A stretch of 64,000 nucleotides of DNA from an uncultured Verrucomicrobiae bacterium (GCA_963815455.1 CAWFGO010000002.1:224001-288000); one strand, 5' to 3'. Shown: positions 49,321 through 59,061, counted from the first letter of the stretch. Notes: a model not told the origin generated them from the sequence alone. Translations and numbers: made by a program.

Positions 49321-49942
49321 AAGCTGGTTCGGTCTCCGGTTTGGACAACAATCGCCACAAACGCCGTGTTACTTCGAGTTGGCGGGTGCGCCGTTCCGCT
49401 GCCGTCATTTCCTGCGGTCGCAAGACATCCATCATCAACATCCCGCGAGCGACGGCGAAAACCAGTTCGGCCAGTTCGCCGGGCGTCAGACCATGCAACG
49501 CCTTTTGCGATTCCGGCGCGCGTTCGATCAAGTCGGCCACCCCATCCATTGCCGTGGTCAAAACGTCCCGGACCAGGTCGGCTACATGCGGATTTCGCGA
49601 CGCTTCGGCGTAAAGATCGACAACGAACGCCGAAACCAGGCGCGGCTCGTTCTCGCAACAATGCGCTGTGAACAAAATCTCCAGCGATTCGAGCAACGTC
49701 GGGGCTTGCCGGGCGCGCTCCAGCATTTCCTGGATCTCATTCTTATGCCGATCCGCCATTGCGGAAATGACCGCTTCCTTGTTTTCGAAATAGCGATAGA
49801 TCAGACCCACGCTAATCCCTGCTTCAGCGCTGATATCGTGCATGCTGGTCTGGTGAAACCCGCGCTTGGCAAAGCAGACCAAAGCAGCTTCCAGAATCTG
49901 GGTTCTGCGATCCACGCCTGGGTCTATTTGGGTCTGGGACAT
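49313..49942 (-). CDS. TetR-family regulator
   Basis: ILEAA..F...GF..TSM.DI..EAGIS.GLIYRYF.NKE. Confidence 0.95.
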   Translation of the reverse strand: MSQTQIDPGVDRRTQILEAALVCFAKRGFHQTSMHDISAEAGISVGLIYRYFENKEAVISAMADRHKNEIQEMLERARQAPTLLESLEILFTAHCCENEPRLVSAFVVDLYAEASRNPHVADLVRDVLTTAMDGVADLIERAPESQKALHGLTPGELAELVFAVARGMLMMDVLRPQEMTAAERRTRQLEVTRRLWRLLSKPETEPAYA

Positions 49943-49951
49943 CGGGTTTCC

Positions 49952-49980
49952 AAGATGAATGAACGTTCATTCATTGTCAA
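49952..49980 (-). promoter_or_regulatory. Promoter with probable TetR operator
   Basis: TTGACA-17 nt-CATCTT; perfect 20-bp palindrome ATGAATGAACGTTCATTCAT at 49955-49974. Confidence 0.8.
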
Positions 49981-49995
49981 ATCTCCCTGTCTACC

Positions 49996-50072
49996 GGTAG
50001 GGCGACGCTCTGCGGAGCCGTCGAATCTCAGCTTCCACAGGTTTCGTCGGCTCGACGGAGTCTCGCCCTACC
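49996..50072. repeat. GTAG REP-like inverted pair
   Basis: GGTAGGGCGACGCTCTGCGGAGCCG ... CGGCTCGACGGAGTCTCGCCCTACC. Confidence 0.8.
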
Positions 50073-50080
50073 AATTCTTC

Positions 50081-50151
50081 AACATTGAACGTTGGACGTT
50101 GAGCGCCCGCCACGCCGTAGCCTTGCGGAGGCGGGTTGGGCGTTGGACGTT
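50081..50151 (+). repeat. Heptamer array (TTGRRCG) interrupted by a family A element at 50106-50135
   Basis: TTGAACG TTGGACG TTGAGCG [30 bp] TTGGGCG TTGGACG. Confidence 0.8.
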
Positions 50152-50157
50152 TGCCGT

Positions 50158-51123
50158 GTGAAGTCGCGCCAGCTCATCCCCTTATTAGAGTCCGGCAGTC
50201 TCGTTCGCGATTTCCGGCCGGCATGGTCCTATCTCATCGGCGTTTCCGGCGGACGCGATTCGGTCGCGCTACTTCATCACCTTGTCGATCTCGGCTACAA
50301 GAAACTGGTCGTTTGCCACTTGAATCATCGCCTGCGCGGCCGATCGAGCGATACCGACGCCCGTTTCGTCCAAAAACTTGCGGCTAAATATGATGTCGAT
50401 GTTGAGTTGGGCGCGGCCAACGTCACCGCTCTGGCCAAGAAAAAAAAGATGTCGATTGAAACGGCCGCGCGGGAGGCGCGATACTCGTTCTTCGCGAAAA
50501 TCGCCAGGCGCCGGCGTTGCCGCACGATTTTTCTGGCCCATCACGCCGACGATCTTGTCGAAACGTTCCTGATTAATTTGTTCCGGGGCGCCGGGCTGAC
50601 CGGGCTTGCGGCCATGCGCGAAGTATCCACGCGTCGCGTAAACGATGTCGATCTTACGATTGCCCGCCCGCTCCTCCGTGTCTGGCGCGACGATATCGAC
50701 GCCTATGTGCGAAAACATCGCCTGAAATTTCGCGAAGACGCTTCCAACAAAAACCTCGGGCCGCTCCGGAATCGAATTCGACGTCGCATCATTCCCGATT
50801 TGGAAAAACTGCTTGGACGAAACATTCGCCAAAGTGTCTGGCGGACCGCGATCATTGCTGCCGAGGAAGAAAGCTGGATCGACAACCAATTACCCGATTC
50901 GGACGATGTCGATCTTTCGGTGAAAAGTGTGCGCGATTTGCCGGTCGCCCTCCAGCGTCGTCAAATCTTGAAATGGTTGCGCGCACGAAACGTCGCCGAT
51001 GTCGGATTTGATGTGATTGAGCTTGTTCGCTCCCTCATGGATCAACCCGCGCGCACCGCCAAGGTCAATTTGCCGCGAGACCGACATGTCCGTCGTCGCA
51101 GCGGGAAGATTTTCATCGAATGA
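50158..51123 (+). CDS. tilS: tRNA(Ile)-lysidine synthase
   Basis: GVSGGRDS, HLNHRLR, AREARY, AHHADD..ET, RPLL, EDASN, RNRIR. Confidence 0.95.
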   Translation: MKSRQLIPLLESGSLVRDFRPAWSYLIGVSGGRDSVALLHHLVDLGYKKLVVCHLNHRLRGRSSDTDARFVQKLAAKYDVDVELGAANVTALAKKKKMSIETAAREARYSFFAKIARRRRCRTIFLAHHADDLVETFLINLFRGAGLTGLAAMREVSTRRVNDVDLTIARPLLRVWRDDIDAYVRKHRLKFREDASNKNLGPLRNRIRRRIIPDLEKLLGRNIRQSVWRTAIIAAEEESWIDNQLPDSDDVDLSVKSVRDLPVALQRRQILKWLRARNVADVGFDVIELVRSLMDQPARTAKVNLPRDRHVRRRSGKIFIE

Positions 51124-51127
51124 TGCT

Positions 51128-51231
51128 TGTCATCCCGAGTTGCGGCGAAAATGCCAGTCCGGCTCGGACCGAGGGACCTCATAAGCCACATCGAACATTT
51201 GCGGGATCCTTCGCTTTCGCTCAGGATGACA
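51128..51231. repeat. Family D element with an extra GCCAGTCCGGCTCGGAC insert
   Basis: TGTCATCCCGAG ... CTCAGGATGACA. Confidence 0.8.
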
Positions 51232-51235
51232 GCGC

Positions 51236-52561
51236 ATGAGCACTGAGATCCGCGTCCGATTTGCCCCCTCGCCTACCGGCTACCTGCACATCGGCGGGGC
51301 GCGCACCGCGCTCTTCAACTGGCTTTTTGCCCGGCATCACGACGGCAAATTTGTTCTGCGAATCGAGGACACCGACCGGACGCGCAATACCGAAGAAGCG
51401 ATGGCGGCAATTTACGAAGGCCTGGACTGGCTCGGGTTGAACTGGGATGAAGGCCCGCGCGCCGGAGGAGATTTCGGTCCGTATCTGCAAAGCGAGCGCA
51501 CCGACCTTTACGAACGCTATTTGAAGAAGCTTCAGGATGCCGGGCACATTTTCGAAGACCAGGGCGCGATGCGATTTCGTTCCCCACGTGAACACGTCGT
51601 GGTCGATGACCTTGTGTGCGGGAAAATCGATTTCGATCTTAGCAACCCCGACACCCACCCTGATATGACTGTCCGGCGCCCGGACGGCTCGTGGATCTTT
51701 CATTTTGTAAATGTGATCGACGATCTCGAAATGAAGATCTCTCACGTGATCCGAGGCGAGGATCATCTCTCCAATACGCCCAAGCATATCGAGCTTTTCC
51801 GCGCCCTCGGCGCCGAGCCGCCAAACTATGCACATATCCCGCTCATTCTGAACCGGGACGGCACAAAAATGAGCAAGCGCGATGAAGGGGCCCGGGTGGA
51901 GTACTATATTAAGAAGGGCTATCTCCCGGCGGCCGTCCGCAACTATCTTTGCCTGCTCGGCTGGTCGCCCAAGGACAACCGGGAAAAGATCGACATCGAC
52001 GAAATCGTCCGGATTTTCGAGCTCAAGAATGTCCACCGCAACGCGGCGACCTTCGATCAGGCCAAATTGCATTGGCTGAATGGTGAATACGCCCGCGAGC
52101 TCAGCGACGCCGAATTATACGATCTTGCAGTCGCGCGGTTGAAATCGAGCGCTGTGAAAATCGAAAATTTTCCGGAAAACTATGTCCGCGCCGCGCTGCA
52201 AACGTGCAAGGGAAAGATCAATACGCTCGATGAATTGCCGGCGTATTGCGGATTCTATTTCACCGACGATTTCGATTACAACCCCGAAGGCGTCGCCAAA
52301 CATTTTACTGCGGAGAACAGGCCGCGGCTCAGAGCCGTTCGCGATGCGTTTGGCGCTCTGGAAAAATTCGATGCTGCCGAAATCGAAGGGACGTTGAAAG
52401 CCACCGCAGCCACACTCGGGGTGAAAGTCGGCGCGCTCGTTCATCCGACGCGGCTGGCCGTCACCGGCAGCAATGCCGGCCCGAGCCTGTATCACCTGCT
52501 CGAAGTGCTCGGGAAAGAGAAAGTGCTCGCCCGAATCGATCGCGCTCTTGCCACGTTCTGA
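51236..52561 (+). CDS. gltX: Glutamate--tRNA ligase
   Basis: RFAPSPTG.LHIGG, LRIEDTD, RGEDH, KMSKR. Confidence 0.97.
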   Translation: MSTEIRVRFAPSPTGYLHIGGARTALFNWLFARHHDGKFVLRIEDTDRTRNTEEAMAAIYEGLDWLGLNWDEGPRAGGDFGPYLQSERTDLYERYLKKLQDAGHIFEDQGAMRFRSPREHVVVDDLVCGKIDFDLSNPDTHPDMTVRRPDGSWIFHFVNVIDDLEMKISHVIRGEDHLSNTPKHIELFRALGAEPPNYAHIPLILNRDGTKMSKRDEGARVEYYIKKGYLPAAVRNYLCLLGWSPKDNREKIDIDEIVRIFELKNVHRNAATFDQAKLHWLNGEYARELSDAELYDLAVARLKSSAVKIENFPENYVRAALQTCKGKINTLDELPAYCGFYFTDDFDYNPEGVAKHFTAENRPRLRAVRDAFGALEKFDAAEIEGTLKATAATLGVKVGALVHPTRLAVTGSNAGPSLYHLLEVLGKEKVLARIDRALATF

Positions 52562-52572
52562 CACTCTCGCTC

Positions 52573-52710
52573 TGTCATCCCGAGCGAAGCGAGGGACCCC
52601 GCACTCGCATCTAGCGGGATCGAATCACACAGGGGCATGACCACGTTGCGACCCGCGAACGTTGCCCGTGCTCGCGGGATCCTTCGTCGGCTGCGCGACT
52701 CAGGATGACA
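52573..52710. repeat. Family D element between convergent gltX and glnS
   Basis: TGTCATCCCGAGCGAAGCGAGGGACC ... GGATCCTTCG..CTCAGGATGACA. Confidence 0.85.
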
Positions 52711-52721
52711 AGCAGCCGCGT

Positions 52722-54398
52722 TCACCCCTTCTTCGATTCCTTCGCCCAGGTATCCCTCAACGTGATCGTGCGATTCCAAACTGGTTTGCCAGGCTTGGAA
52801 TCGGGATCGAGAACGAAATAGCCGAGCCGCTCAAACTGATAACGCTCTTCCGGACGCGCATTCACCAGCGACGGTTCGCATTTCGCGGTCACCACTTCGA
52901 GCGACTTCGGATTGATAAACGATTTGAAATCGCCATCGGCATCGGGCTCGGGAACGGTAAAAAGCCGGTCGTACAATCGAACTTCTGCGTCGATCGCATC
53001 TGTTGCGCTCACCCAATGAATCGTCCCTTTCACCTTACGGTTTGAAGTCGCACCGCCCGATTTGCTCTCAAGATCGACAGTGCACCGAAGCTCGGTCACA
53101 TTGCCAGCCGCGTCTTTGACGACTTCATCGCATTTGATGATGTAGGCATATTTGAGCCGCACTTCGCCGCCGGGTCTTAGCCGAAAATATTTCGGTGGCG
53201 GCGTTTCCATAAAATCGTCGCGATCAATGAAGAGCTGGGCACCAAATGGAATCTTGCGGGTTCCCGCATTCGTATCTTCCGGATTGTTGATTGCATCCAA
53301 CTCTTCCGTTTTGCCTTCGGGATAATTCGTCAGCACAACTTTGATCGGCCGCAACACGGCCAGCCGGCGCGGGGCGGACCGATTGAATTCGTCGCGCAGA
53401 GTGTGCTCAAGCACGGCCACGTCGGTCATGCTCGGATATTTCGTGATGCCGATGTTGTAGGCGAAAGCGCGCAACGCGCTCGCGGTCACACCGCGCCGCC
53501 GCAAACCGGAGATGGTGAGCATCCGCGGATCATCCCAGCCGTTCACGAGTTTTTCGTTCACCAGCTGGATGAGCTTCCGTTTGCTCATCACGGTGTAAGT
53601 GAGATTGAGCCGGGCAAATTCATACTGATGCGGACGCGGCTCGCGCAGCTCAAGCGCATCCAGAATCCAATCGTAAAGCGGGCGGTGGACTTCGAACTCG
53701 AGCGTGCAGACCGAATGCGTGATTCCCTCGATGTAATCGCTCAGGGTGTGGGCCCAATCGTACATCGGATAAATGCACCATTTATTGCCGGTGTGATGAT
53801 GTTCGGCGTGCCGAATCCGATAGAGCACCGGATCGCGCAGCCAGACGTTCGGCGCCGCCATGTCGATCTTGGCTCGCAGCGTGTGGGTGTTGTCCGCAAA
53901 CTCGCCCGCTTTCATCCGGCCAAGCAAATCGACATTTTCTTCGACCGGCCGATTGCGAAACGGACTCTCTTTTCCCATGCGCCGATACTCGTCCGTTTGC
54001 TCCGGCGTCATATCATCGACATACGCTTTTCCTTTTCGCACAAGATCGACAGCGTATTCGTAAAACTTGTCGAAGTAATCCGACGCGTAGAGCGGCGCGC
54101 CGCCAACATTTTTGTCGGCCCAGTCGCCGATCAACCAGCGCACATCGGCCATGATCGATTCGACGTATTCGGTCTCCTCTTTCGTCGGATTGGTGTCATC
54201 CATGCGGATGTTACAAATCCCGCCGAACTCGCGGGCGATCCCGAAATTCAAACAAATCGATTTGGCGTGCCCGATGTGGAGGTAACCGTTCGGCTCCGGC
54301 GGGAATCGGGTGACGATCTTCTTGTACTTACCCGCACGGACATCCTCCGCGACAACGTCGCGGATGAAATCCGAAGGAGTGTCAGTCGAAGTGCTCAT
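52722..54398 (-). CDS. glnS: Glutamine--tRNA ligase
   Basis: TRFPPEPNGYLHIGH, DDTNP, CTLEF, MSKRKL, GWDDPR, QFERLGYF. Confidence 0.97.
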   Translation of the reverse strand: MSTSTDTPSDFIRDVVAEDVRAGKYKKIVTRFPPEPNGYLHIGHAKSICLNFGIAREFGGICNIRMDDTNPTKEETEYVESIMADVRWLIGDWADKNVGGAPLYASDYFDKFYEYAVDLVRKGKAYVDDMTPEQTDEYRRMGKESPFRNRPVEENVDLLGRMKAGEFADNTHTLRAKIDMAAPNVWLRDPVLYRIRHAEHHHTGNKWCIYPMYDWAHTLSDYIEGITHSVCTLEFEVHRPLYDWILDALELREPRPHQYEFARLNLTYTVMSKRKLIQLVNEKLVNGWDDPRMLTISGLRRRGVTASALRAFAYNIGITKYPSMTDVAVLEHTLRDEFNRSAPRRLAVLRPIKVVLTNYPEGKTEELDAINNPEDTNAGTRKIPFGAQLFIDRDDFMETPPPKYFRLRPGGEVRLKYAYIIKCDEVVKDAAGNVTELRCTVDLESKSGGATSNRKVKGTIHWVSATDAIDAEVRLYDRLFTVPEPDADGDFKSFINPKSLEVVTAKCEPSLVNARPEERYQFERLGYFVLDPDSKPGKPVWNRTITLRDTWAKESKKG

Positions 54399-54454
54399 TC
54401 TGATGGCGCGAAACTACAGACGACTCTTGCATCGGCAAGCCAGACTGCGTACCG

Positions 54455-54540
54455 ATGTCATCCTGAGCGAAGTCGAAGGATCCCGTGGCAATACCTCCCG
54501 GTAGCTCCACGGGATCCCTCGACGTTGCTCGGGATGACAT
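54455..54540. repeat. Family D element between divergent glnS and aroE
   Basis: ATGTCATCCTGAGCGAAGTCGAAGGATCCCGTGG ... CCACGGGATCCCTCGACGTTGCTCGGGATGACAT. Confidence 0.88.
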
Positions 54541-55471
54541 GAAAAAAAAGCCAACCACCGATCGTTACACGCTGGCCGATCTCGAGAATTGGCCCGAGAT
54601 CGCCGCCGATGTCGATCCACCGATTCGCCTCGGAGTTTTCGGTGACCCTGTGGCCCATTCGTTTTCGCCTCAAATGCAAAACGCGGCCCTGCGTGCCTGC
54701 AAGATCGACATGCAATACGCATGTTTCCATATCCGGCCAAACGAGTTGAGATCGGCCCTGCTCCTCTTGCGAGAAAAAGTCGATTTTATCGGAATCAATT
54801 TGACCGTGCCGCACAAGATCACCGCTTTCGCTCAAATCGATGGAGCGGACGAACGAGCAGGTCGTGTCGAAGCTGTGAACACCATTCGTGTGCGAGACAA
54901 GAAACTGATCGGATCGAATACGGACGGCGAAGGGTTCTTGCGGGCCGTTCGTCAGGAGTTCTCCGTCGACGTGCGCGATTTGCGTGTAATGATTCTGGGC
55001 GCCGGCGGCGGAACCGGTCGCGCTATCGCCTGGCAATGTGCCTTGGAAAATTGCGAACGCCTCGTGCTCGTTAATCGCACACCGGAACATGCAAAGACCT
55101 TGGCCGAGAAGCTGCGAACATTTTTCGCGGGACCGCGCGTGCTCGGCCCCGCGGCGCGGCTCGAGGCTGTGCCATGGATGGAAGCGGCCCTGCGCGCACA
55201 AATGGCGGATGTCGATCTTATCGTGAACGCAACACCAATCGGGATGAACCCGAGCGATCCGGCGTCGATCCCGGCGCGATTGCTCGCACCTCATCACATG
55301 ATCTTTGACGCGGTTTACGGCCCATCAAAAACATCGCTGCTGCGCGCCGCCGATGAGGCCGGCGCTCGCGGCACGAATGGATTGTCGATGTTGTTGCATC
55401 AGGGAGCGCTGGCGTTCGAGTTCTGGTTCGAACGCGAAGCCCCCATCGACGCGATGCGCAAGGCGCTCTAG
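54539..55471 (+). CDS. aroE: Shikimate dehydrogenase
   Basis: HSFSP, NLTVPHK, AVNT, NTDG.G, GAGGG, NATPIGM, G..MLLHQG. Confidence 0.93.
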   Translation: MKKKPTTDRYTLADLENWPEIAADVDPPIRLGVFGDPVAHSFSPQMQNAALRACKIDMQYACFHIRPNELRSALLLLREKVDFIGINLTVPHKITAFAQIDGADERAGRVEAVNTIRVRDKKLIGSNTDGEGFLRAVRQEFSVDVRDLRVMILGAGGGTGRAIAWQCALENCERLVLVNRTPEHAKTLAEKLRTFFAGPRVLGPAARLEAVPWMEAALRAQMADVDLIVNATPIGMNPSDPASIPARLLAPHHMIFDAVYGPSKTSLLRAADEAGARGTNGLSMLLHQGALAFEFWFEREAPIDAMRKAL

Positions 55472-55556
55472 GGCGTCTGGGTCAAATGCCTGGACCCTGG
55501 CCGGTCAGTTTCCCCGCGCCCGTTTGAGAATACATCGATTCACTCGATATTACGCC

Positions 55557-56540
55557 ATGGTAGCCGCAGGTGTAAATTTCGCGCCGGCCCAAAGTGCCGG
55601 ATCGGGTCGAACTGGCGTCGACCTCGCCGAAGAACTGGTCGAACTCAAGCGGGAGCGGAACGCCGTGATCCTGGCGCACAATTACCAAGTGCCGGAGCTG
55701 CAAGACGTCGCCGATTACGTCGGCGATTCACTGGGCCTGAGTTATCAAGCGGCCAAGACAGACGCCGACGTGATCTTGTTTTGTGGCGTCCATTTCATGG
55801 CCGAGACCGCGAAGATTATTAATCCGACCAAGCGGGTCATTCTTCCCGATCTCGATGCCGGCTGTTCACTTTCGGAATCGTGTCCCCCCGACAAGCTCGC
55901 CGCGTTCTTGAAACAACACGCGGACAAGAATTATTACGTGATCGCCTATATCAATTGCAGCGCCGGAGTGAAAGCGCAGTCCGACGTGATTTGCACCAGC
56001 AGCAATGCCGACAAAATCGTGCGGTCGGCGCCGGCCGATCGGAATATTCTGTTTGTGCCAGATCAAAACCTCGGCGCGTGGGTGATGGAACGGACCGGTC
56101 GAAAGATGGATCTGTGGCAGGGCACCTGTTATGTGCATGTCGAGTTCACCGCGCGCAGCATTAATCGGATTCGCGAACAATATCCGGACGCTCCGGTCGT
56201 AGCGCACCCGGAATGCACCTACGCCGTGCGAATGCTGGCCGATGAAGTTTGCTCGACCGAAAAAATGATCGCGTTTTGCAAACAAACTCCCGCGCGCGAG
56301 ATCATTATTGTGACCGAAGCCGGAATGTTGCATCGGCTAAAAAAAGAAATCCCGGCAAAGACATTCATACCCGGCCCGACAGAGAATTGTTTCTGCGGCG
56401 AATGCCGCTTCATGAAAATGAACACTCTGGAGAAAGCGCACGCGGCGCTGTTGAACATGGAGCCGGAGATTATTTTGCCCGAACCGCTGCGCCAGCGCGC
56501 CGAGGCGCCGATTCTGCGGATGCTCGAGCTAAGTCGCTAA
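55557..56540 (+). CDS. nadA: Quinolinate synthase
   Basis: ILAHNYQ, GDSL, CGVHFMAETAK, AGCSL, CYVH, HPEC, C.FMK. Confidence 0.96.
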   Translation: MVAAGVNFAPAQSAGSGRTGVDLAEELVELKRERNAVILAHNYQVPELQDVADYVGDSLGLSYQAAKTDADVILFCGVHFMAETAKIINPTKRVILPDLDAGCSLSESCPPDKLAAFLKQHADKNYYVIAYINCSAGVKAQSDVICTSSNADKIVRSAPADRNILFVPDQNLGAWVMERTGRKMDLWQGTCYVHVEFTARSINRIREQYPDAPVVAHPECTYAVRMLADEVCSTEKMIAFCKQTPAREIIIVTEAGMLHRLKKEIPAKTFIPGPTENCFCGECRFMKMNTLEKAHAALLNMEPEIILPEPLRQRAEAPILRMLELSR

Positions 56541-56575
56541 GCGACTTCCTGCGGTTTCGGACAAAGTCGTGAGTT

Positions 56576-56600
56576 GCCGAGGTCGACGCCCTCGGCTACA
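56576..56600 (-). repeat. Intergenic family B REP-like copy
   Basis: Reverse complement reads TGTAGCCGAGGGCGTCGACCTCGGC. Confidence 0.8.
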
Positions 56601-56609
56601 ACGCTCTCA

Positions 56610-57860
56610 ATGCGACGACAGACGATCCTTCTGATGCTGGTGATTTTATTGCTCGGGATCGTCTTTTCCCGCGAACCCCGGCTCCAGCGCACCGAGGAAA
56701 TTTTTCTTCGCTGGCTCATCAAGAATTCGGCTGTTCGCAACCAACCCGTTCCGCTAACGATTGTCGAACTCGGCGGTCCGCCAGTCGCGCAACAGGAAAA
56801 TAAACCGCTTGATGCCACGGAAAGATTCCTGCGTGGTTCCAGCGGCGCCAATTCGCCACTCGAGTACGCGCTGCTTGTCCAGGCCCTGCTCGAATTCAAA
56901 CCGATAATTGTTGCGTTGGAACCCGTCTTGCAGTGGCCCGAGAGCTCGAAGGAGGCGCAACAAATTCTGCTCGATCAGGCGATGCGCGTGCCGAAAGTGC
57001 TGCTCGCAACCGAGCTGACGTCCACGCCCGATCCCGATGCCCCCGTAGCCGAAATCTCCGGTTTCCCGCAAGTAACGGGCAAGCGCGGCGATTTGATTGC
57101 ATTTTCGGGAATCGCGCGCCAGCCCGATGAAGACATGCGCCTGATCTCAACGCCAGGCTTTGTCAACCTGCCAAGGGAAATTGCGAGCGATCTTCACGCG
57201 CCGTTGCTCTTCCAGTTTCGCGGTGAAGTGATTCCCTCGTTTGCGCTTCAAGCGGCAATGCTTTGGCTGCGCATTACGCCTGGCGAAATGAAGATCGACA
57301 TCGGCAAATCCATTTTGCTTCCGGACGGAAGGAAAATTCCAATTCGCTCGGACGGCACAGCCCTGATCAATCCGAATACCGCGAAAGGCGTCCGCCACAT
57401 CGGCCTGAACGCTTTGCTCCTCGCCGCGCAGCAGCATGAAAACAAAACGCCCGGGATGATGCCGCTCGACGATATTCACGATCAAATCGTGCTTGTACGC
57501 ACGTCGACGAGCCCGTTTGAATCCCCGGATGTTGTGGCGGCAACAATCGCTTCGATCCAGACAAACTCGTTCGTTCGACGAATAAGTTGGGTGTTCGATT
57601 GCGCCGTGCTCGTGATCGTAGTGGCAATAAGCGGCCCGCTCCAAAGATTCTCCCGAATCGATCTGCTCTTGGGAGCAATCGCGTTCTCGGCCGCTTACGC
57701 AATGCTTGCGCTCACCTTGTTTTCGCGCTGGAACATTTGGCTCCCCGGATTTCTTCCTCTCGGTGCAGTTTGGTCCGTCGTGGTATTTTCGTTGCTCATG
57801 CAAAAGCCAAAAAACTCCGCGCGCACTGTGGCCGTTGCCTCCCCGCCGCCGGTGCCCTGA
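56610..57860 (+). CDS. CHASE2-like extracellular domain with three C-terminal TMs and no output domain
   Basis: N-terminal TM, GFVN, PLLF...G...PSFAL, I...G...IN, three C-terminal TM helices. Confidence 0.6.
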   Translation: MRRQTILLMLVILLLGIVFSREPRLQRTEEIFLRWLIKNSAVRNQPVPLTIVELGGPPVAQQENKPLDATERFLRGSSGANSPLEYALLVQALLEFKPIIVALEPVLQWPESSKEAQQILLDQAMRVPKVLLATELTSTPDPDAPVAEISGFPQVTGKRGDLIAFSGIARQPDEDMRLISTPGFVNLPREIASDLHAPLLFQFRGEVIPSFALQAAMLWLRITPGEMKIDIGKSILLPDGRKIPIRSDGTALINPNTAKGVRHIGLNALLLAAQQHENKTPGMMPLDDIHDQIVLVRTSTSPFESPDVVAATIASIQTNSFVRRISWVFDCAVLVIVVAISGPLQRFSRIDLLLGAIAFSAAYAMLALTLFSRWNIWLPGFLPLGAVWSVVVFSLLMQKPKNSARTVAVASPPPVP

Positions 57861-57880
57861 GCCTCCAAGCTCGTCCCGCA

Positions 57881-58918
57881 ATGTCTCAGGAATCAACCGA
57901 AGCACGCATCAATCGACTCCACACGCATGGCCTTGTCGATCTTCACTTCGACCTGCCGATGGACTTGTATGAGAAGCGCAACCGGTCGGACACGCTTGTC
58001 TCGCATTATCTGCCCGAGCTTGAAGCCGGAAATATCGGAGTCATCGGCGCGGCAGTTTACGTCGAGGACCGTTACTTGCCGGAAATGGCTCTGCGGGTCG
58101 GCGTTAATCAGATTGCCCGGCTCTATGCGGAGGTTGAAACCACTGAACGCTTCATTGTTTGCAAGACCTACGACCAAGTCGTGCAGGCGCAGGCCGGGAA
58201 AAAGATCGCGCTGCTCATCACGATGGAAGGCGTCGAACCATTAGGCGACGACTTGAATTTGCTCCGTGTATTTTATGAGCTCGGGGTCCGAGCGATCGGA
58301 CTTACCCATGCCCGGCGCAATGCCGCCGGCAGCGGCGGCATTTTCAAGCCGAGCGGCTCGCCGCGCGATGGCCTCACCGCGTTCGGTCGAGACCTTGTCC
58401 GTGAATGCGAGCGACTCGGGATCGTCGTGGACGCGGCCCACATCAATCCCCGGGGGTTCGATGACATTGTCGATCTTACAACGAAGCCGTTCATTGTGTC
58501 GCACACCAACGCGCGAAAATTTTACGATATCGAACGCAACATCAGCGATGAGCAGATCAAAGCGATCGGTCAACGCGGAGGCGTGATCGGCGTCAACGCG
58601 ATTCTGGTGAGCCCGAACAAGGAAAAGAGCACGCTCGATCATTACGTCGATCATATCGAACATATTGCCAGTCTCATCGGGATCGATGGAGTGGCCATTG
58701 GCTTCGATTTTTGCGAATTCCTTTTCAGTCAGTTGCCCAAGGAGGCCGTCCAGGAACTGGCAGCCAAATTAACCACGCCGCATTTCATTCCGGATCTCAC
58801 CACTCATGCGCACGCAAGAAATCTGACCCGCAAATTGATCGAGCGCGGATTCAGCGACGAGCAGATCGAGAAAATCCTTTTCCGAAACTGGATGCGAATT
58901 CTCAATGAGCTGCTGTGA
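57881..58918 (+). CDS. Membrane dipeptidase (M19)
   Basis: DLHFD, MEG, GLT.FG, D.AH, VSH, RNISD, G.DF, NWMR. Confidence 0.9.
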   Translation: MSQESTEARINRLHTHGLVDLHFDLPMDLYEKRNRSDTLVSHYLPELEAGNIGVIGAAVYVEDRYLPEMALRVGVNQIARLYAEVETTERFIVCKTYDQVVQAQAGKKIALLITMEGVEPLGDDLNLLRVFYELGVRAIGLTHARRNAAGSGGIFKPSGSPRDGLTAFGRDLVRECERLGIVVDAAHINPRGFDDIVDLTTKPFIVSHTNARKFYDIERNISDEQIKAIGQRGGVIGVNAILVSPNKEKSTLDHYVDHIEHIASLIGIDGVAIGFDFCEFLFSQLPKEAVQELAAKLTTPHFIPDLTTHAHARNLTRKLIERGFSDEQIEKILFRNWMRILNELL

Positions 58919-58947
58919 GCGGCGCAGGCGTTCGCATCGATGAGGTT

Positions 58948-59047
58948 TGTCATCCTGAGCCGCGCAGACGGCGAAGGATCTCTTGTTATTTTTGGGGGTT
59001 CCGAGCTAAGAAACAGTCAGAGATCCTTCGCTACGCTCAGGATGACA
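58948..59047. repeat. Family D element
   Basis: TGTCATCCTGAGC..CGAAGGATCTC ... GAGATCCTTCGCTACGCTCAGGATGACA. Confidence 0.88.
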
Positions 59048-59061
59048 GGATAGAATTAAGT

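Noticed and set aside
51236..54398. Adjacent gltX and glnS as a novel system
   Set aside because: Both are ordinary synthetases; convergent adjacency alone is not informative.
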